Under the pieces are notes generated by a model. The model saw only the letters and a program-made list of their open reading frames with translations, made no database searches and was not told where the DNA came from. From Chloroflexota bacterium (GTDB lineage: Bacteria; Chloroflexota; UBA11872): a DNA stretch of 64,000 nucleotides. The translations under genes were made by a program, and so were the position numbers. The DNA is taken from NCBI GenBank assembly GCA_965198185.1, contig CBDAOU010000001.1:302013-366012 (forward strand). The letters run 5' to 3'. Below, piece by piece: positions 60,819 through 64,000 of this stretch; position 1 is the first letter of the stretch; each line of letters opens with the position of its first letter.

Positions 60819-62213
60819 ATGATGATGGACTCCGGCGGCGGTCGCGGCGGGTCGAACCGGCGGGCCCGGCGTCCGGGCCGAGGCCGCCGCGGCGGCGGAC
60901 ATGGCCGCCAGCGGTCCTATGAGCTCCAAGAAGACCCCGGCATTGAGTGGGCCGAGCTTGAGGCGCGCACGATGGACGAGCTCCAGGCTCTGGCGGCCGA
61001 GCTGGGCGTTCAGCCCAACGGCGAGGTCGACACGACCAAAGAGCTGCTCATCAATCTCATCGTGCAGGCACGCAACGAGGGCGAGGGTTCCCTGTTTCTC
61101 GAAGGCGTGCTGGAGATCGTGGACGAGGGCTACGGATTTGTCCGGCGCGACGCGGACTGGATGCCAAGTCCCGAAGACGTTTATGTCTCCCAGTCGCAGA
61201 TTCGCCGCTTTGGCCTGCGCACCGGCGATCTCGTCAGCGGACAGGTCCGACCGGCGCGCCAGAACGATCGCTATCACGGGCTGGTGCGGGTGGTGGCCGT
61301 CAACGGCCTCGACCCGGAGCGCGCGCGGCAACGCCCGCTTTTCGAAAAGCTGGTGCCCATCTTTCCCAATGAGCAGTTGCGACTCGAGCACGCCAAAGCC
61401 GAGCTGACGTCCCGCGTCATCGACATGGTGTCGCCGATTGGGCGGGGCCAGCGGGGCCTGGTGCTCTCACCGCCGAAGGCCGGCAAGACGGAGCTGATGA
61501 AGCGCGTGGCCCGCTCGGTGCTGAATAACTACAGCGACGTGCGAGTGATCGTGGCGCTGATTGGCGAGCGTCCGGAGGAAGTCACCGACTGGGAGCGCAC
61601 GGTCGATGGCGCCGAGGTAATCAGCTCGACCTTCGACGAGCAACCGCAGAGCCACACGCGCGTCGCCGAGATGACCTCAGCGCGCGCCAAGCGCCAGGTG
61701 GAGGGCGGCGAGGACGTGCTGATTCTGCTGGACAGCATCACGCGCCTTACGCGGGCCTACAACCTGGTGCAGCCATCCAGCGGGCGCACGCTTTCGGGCG
61801 GTATCGAGCCGCAGGCCCTGTATCCGCCCAAGGGGTTCTTCGGCGCCGCGCGCAAGGTGGACGACGGCGGCAGTCTGACCATCATCGCCTCGTGCCTGAT
61901 CGAAACGGGCAGCCGCATGGACGAGGTGATCTACGAGGAGTTCAAGGGCACGGGCAATTGGGAGCTGATGCTCGATCGGCGCCTGGCCGAACGCGGCACG
62001 TTCCCGGCCGTCGACGTGCTGCGGTCCGGTACCCGACGCGTCGAGCTGCTGCTGGCCGACGACGAGCTCAAGTACTTCTGGCGCCTGCGCCGGATGCTCA
62101 ACGCGCTCGACTCGCACGATGCCTCCAATTCCACCGAGCTCATGTTCGACCGCATGCGCCGCACAGCGAGCAACGCGGCGTTTTTCAAGTCTCTGAGTGA
62201 GCAAGGCGGGTAG
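60819..62213 (+). CDS. rho: transcription termination factor Rho (Arg/Gly-rich N-terminal extension)
   Basis: Cold-shock-like RNA-binding domain ([15 protein letters not shown]), Walker [17 protein letters not shown] and R loops. Confidence 0.95.
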   Translation: MMMDSGGGRGGSNRRARRPGRGRRGGGHGRQRSYELQEDPGIEWAELEARTMDELQALAAELGVQPNGEVDTTKELLINLIVQARNEGEGSLFLEGVLEIVDEGYGFVRRDADWMPSPEDVYVSQSQIRRFGLRTGDLVSGQVRPARQNDRYHGLVRVVAVNGLDPERARQRPLFEKLVPIFPNEQLRLEHAKAELTSRVIDMVSPIGRGQRGLVLSPPKAGKTELMKRVARSVLNNYSDVRVIVALIGERPEEVTDWERTVDGAEVISSTFDEQPQSHTRVAEMTSARAKRQVEGGEDVLILLDSITRLTRAYNLVQPSSGRTLSGGIEPQALYPPKGFFGAARKVDDGGSLTIIASCLIETGSRMDEVIYEEFKGTGNWELMLDRRLAERGTFPAVDVLRSGTRRVELLLADDELKYFWRLRRMLNALDSHDASNSTELMFDRMRRTASNAAFFKSLSEQGG

Positions 62214-62268
62214 ATTCGGCTTATGATCACGGCCACTCCTCACGCCAGCGGTTTCGAGCGATCCTGAC

Positions 62269-62805
62269 ATGCCAAACGTGAAAGTCGTGCTGATCAAAGA
62301 CGTGCCGAGCCTGGGTGAGATTGGCGACGTCGCCTCCGTGTCGGCCGGCTACGCGCGCAACTACCTGCTGCCCCGCGGCTTCGCCGTTACCGCCACCGCT
62401 AAGCGACTGGACGACACGCACTTTCAGCAGGAGTTGACCGACCGGCGCGAGGCAGCCGCACGGGCCGAGGCGGAGGGGATTGCCGCCGCGCTCCAGGGCC
62501 AGGCCATCACCATTGCGGTGGTCGTGGGCGACCAGGGCCGCATGCACGGCCAGATCACGAACCAGGACGTCGCCGCGGCGATTCACGAACAAGTTGGGGT
62601 GGAGGTCGACCGGCACGCCCTCCAAATCGACAGTCCCATCCGGTCGCTGGGCCGCTATCTGCTCCCGATTCGGGTCGCGGCCGGCGTGGAGGCCTCCATC
62701 ACCCTCGAGGTGACGGAATACGAGGAGCCGGCGGAAGAGCCCGAAGAGCCGGAGGAAGCGGAGTCGGGCGAGCTGGAGGAGCAGGAACTCGACTTCGCGC
62801 GCTAG
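62269..62805 (+). CDS. rplI: 50S ribosomal protein L9 with acidic C-terminal tail
   Basis: MPNVKVVLIKDVPSLGEIGDVASVSAGYARNYLLPRG L9 N-domain. Tail EEPEEPEEAESGELEEQE. Confidence 0.9.
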   Translation: MPNVKVVLIKDVPSLGEIGDVASVSAGYARNYLLPRGFAVTATAKRLDDTHFQQELTDRREAAARAEAEGIAAALQGQAITIAVVVGDQGRMHGQITNQDVAAAIHEQVGVEVDRHALQIDSPIRSLGRYLLPIRVAAGVEASITLEVTEYEEPAEEPEEPEEAESGELEEQELDFAR

Positions 62806-62847
62806 CGCGTCGCTTCCTTCTTCACACGCACAGTTTCCTGCGGTAAC

Positions 62848-63182
62848 TGTGGATAGGACCGTCCTGTATCTCATTGCTTACGGACGGCGCGCGTCCGGCG
62901 GAGGCGCTCCCGACTGACGCCCTCACCCCCGTATCGCGGTACGGGGCAGGCTCTAAGCCTCGCCCCTCAAGGGAGCGGGGATCGGACCGCACTCCCACCA
63001 CGACAGAACCTACCGGACGGGAGCAGCGGAGCGGGCCAGCGCCTGACGCCGAGCCTTGTGACCCTGTTTCCGTAGATGGGCTGTTCGTACTATGTCTGGT
63101 ATCCTGTTAGCGGTCTGTTTGGCTGGCCGCGTGCATGGTTATCCACAGGACAACCGTGCGCACAACGGTGAATTGTGGGGAT
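62848..63182. promoter_or_regulatory. cluster of DnaA-box-like 9-mers in the rplI-dnaB intergenic region
   Basis: Perfect TTATCCACA at 63139-63147. tgtggatag (1 mismatch, opposite orientation) at 62848-62856. tgtggggat (2 mismatches, opposite orientation) at 63174-63182. Confidence 0.4.
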
Positions 63183-63298
63183 GCTACACCTCGTGCTCCG
63201 GCATCACGCCATGCGATACACCTCACAGTGGCGGGTGCCTTCGAATGCCGCCTTAATGGCACGCCGCCACTGATCCCCGAGCAGACAACTTTACTGCC

Positions 63299-64000
63299 GT
63301 GACGACCGAGATCGAACGACTCCCGCCCCAGGACCTGGACGCCGAGCGCTCATTGCTGGGAAGCCTGCTGATCGACTCCGATGCCGTGAGCGCCATCAGC
63401 GGTCAGATCCAGTCCGACGACTTCTACCGCGAGCAGCACCGCGCCATCTTTGACGCCGTCAGCAATATCGCCTCGCGCAACGAACGCTCCGACTCCGTGA
63501 CGGTATCGGATGAACTCCGACGGACCGAGAGCTTGGACCTCGCAGGCGGTCCACCGTATATCGCAGACCTGATTAACGCGGTGCCCACGGCGTTCCACGT
63601 GGAGCACTACGCCTCCATCGTGCGGCGGACCGGCATCCTGCGCCGAATCATCCAGGCGGCTGGGCAGATGGTGGCCGAAGCCTATCGCGCCAGCGCCGAC
63701 CCGGACGCTGTGCTGGATGACGCCGAACGCCTGATCTTCGGGATCGCCAACGAGATGGGAACCCGCGATTTCGAGGCGCTGCGCGAGATTCTGCACGAGT
63801 TCAACGACCAGTTGATGTTCCGGATGCAGCATCGCGGGCTGCTCAGCGGCGTGGCCACCGGCATCGGCAAGCTGGACCAGTTGACGGGTGGCCTGCAACG
63901 CTCGGACCTGATCATCCTGGCCGCCCGACCGGGCATGGGAAAGACGTCGTTTGCGCTGCATCTGGCGCTGCAGGCGTGGATGGACGGCAAGGAGATACCA
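63299..64000 (+). CDS. dnaB: replicative DNA helicase DnaB (N-terminal domain and start of the RecA-like domain; continues past the window)
   Basis: My translation from GTG 63299 gives VTTEIERLPPQDLDAERSLLGSLLIDSDAV...FYREQHRAIFDA...LDQLTGGLQRSDLIILAARPGMGKTSFAL (Walker A). Not in the ORF track because there is no stop in the window. Confidence 0.9.
   Translation, partial: MTTEIERLPPQDLDAERSLLGSLLIDSDAVSAISGQIQSDDFYREQHRAIFDAVSNIASRNERSDSVTVSDELRRTESLDLAGGPPYIADLINAVPTAFHVEHYASIVRRTGILRRIIQAAGQMVAEAYRASADPDAVLDDAERLIFGIANEMGTRDFEALREILHEFNDQLMFRMQHRGLLSGVATGIGKLDQLTGGLQRSDLIILAARPGMGKTSFALHLALQAWMDGKEIP

Overview
High-GC (~68-70%) bacterial chromosomal window. Gene content is consistent with a Chloroflexi/Thermomicrobia-like or similar high-GC thermophile. 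This is an inference from gene families and repeat style, not from a search. Most of the window is dense housekeeping coding that I can recognise from the translated ORFs. In genome order these include a partial LarA-like (DUF2088) gene coupled to pepF, proS, cysE, a LysM/3xSH3b wall-binding protein, gloA coupled to an HTH-MBL hydrolase, DUF503, gyrB, plsX, a PduO-type cobalamin adenosyltransferase, tRNA-Glu(CUC), ffh, a DUF1445+DUF4392 (split D-glutamate-cyclase-like) pair, ddl, proC, comEC-comEA, tandem moeA paralogs (one fused to a PBP domain), a stand-alone groEL, hicB-hicA, rpoD, a cupredoxin, a caa3-type ctaCDEF operon with ctaG, rho, rplI and the 5' part of dnaB. Three regions look accessory or decayed. 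First, 16.5-19.2 kb has almost no credible coding and contains dispersed GC hairpin repeats plus an intact TIGR02684-like antidote gene next to a frameshifted RelE/ParE-family killer gene. Second, 29.5-32.3 kb lies beside tRNA-Glu. It holds a lower-GC DUF4395 insertion flanked by diverged direct repeats of the adenosyltransferase 3' end, a T5orf172/GIY-YIG-like gene tightly coupled to a Cys-rich double zinc-ribbon gene, and an amber-interrupted nucleoside-deoxyribosyltransferase-like gene. Third, 35.7-37.3 kb has an AT-rich membrane-protein gene and a repeated 31-bp oxidoreductase 3'-end motif. My best candidate for an undescribed system is the T5orf172 + zinc-ribbon two-gene module in the tRNA-adjacent remnant island. 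Other notable observations: a 31-bp tandem duplication that frameshifts the DUF4126 gene tail, a DnaA-box cluster between rplI and dnaB, and a long stem-loop with a U7 tract downstream of groEL. Many of the long Arg/Pro-rich ORFs in the supplied track are antisense artefacts of the GC bias, and I rejected them.
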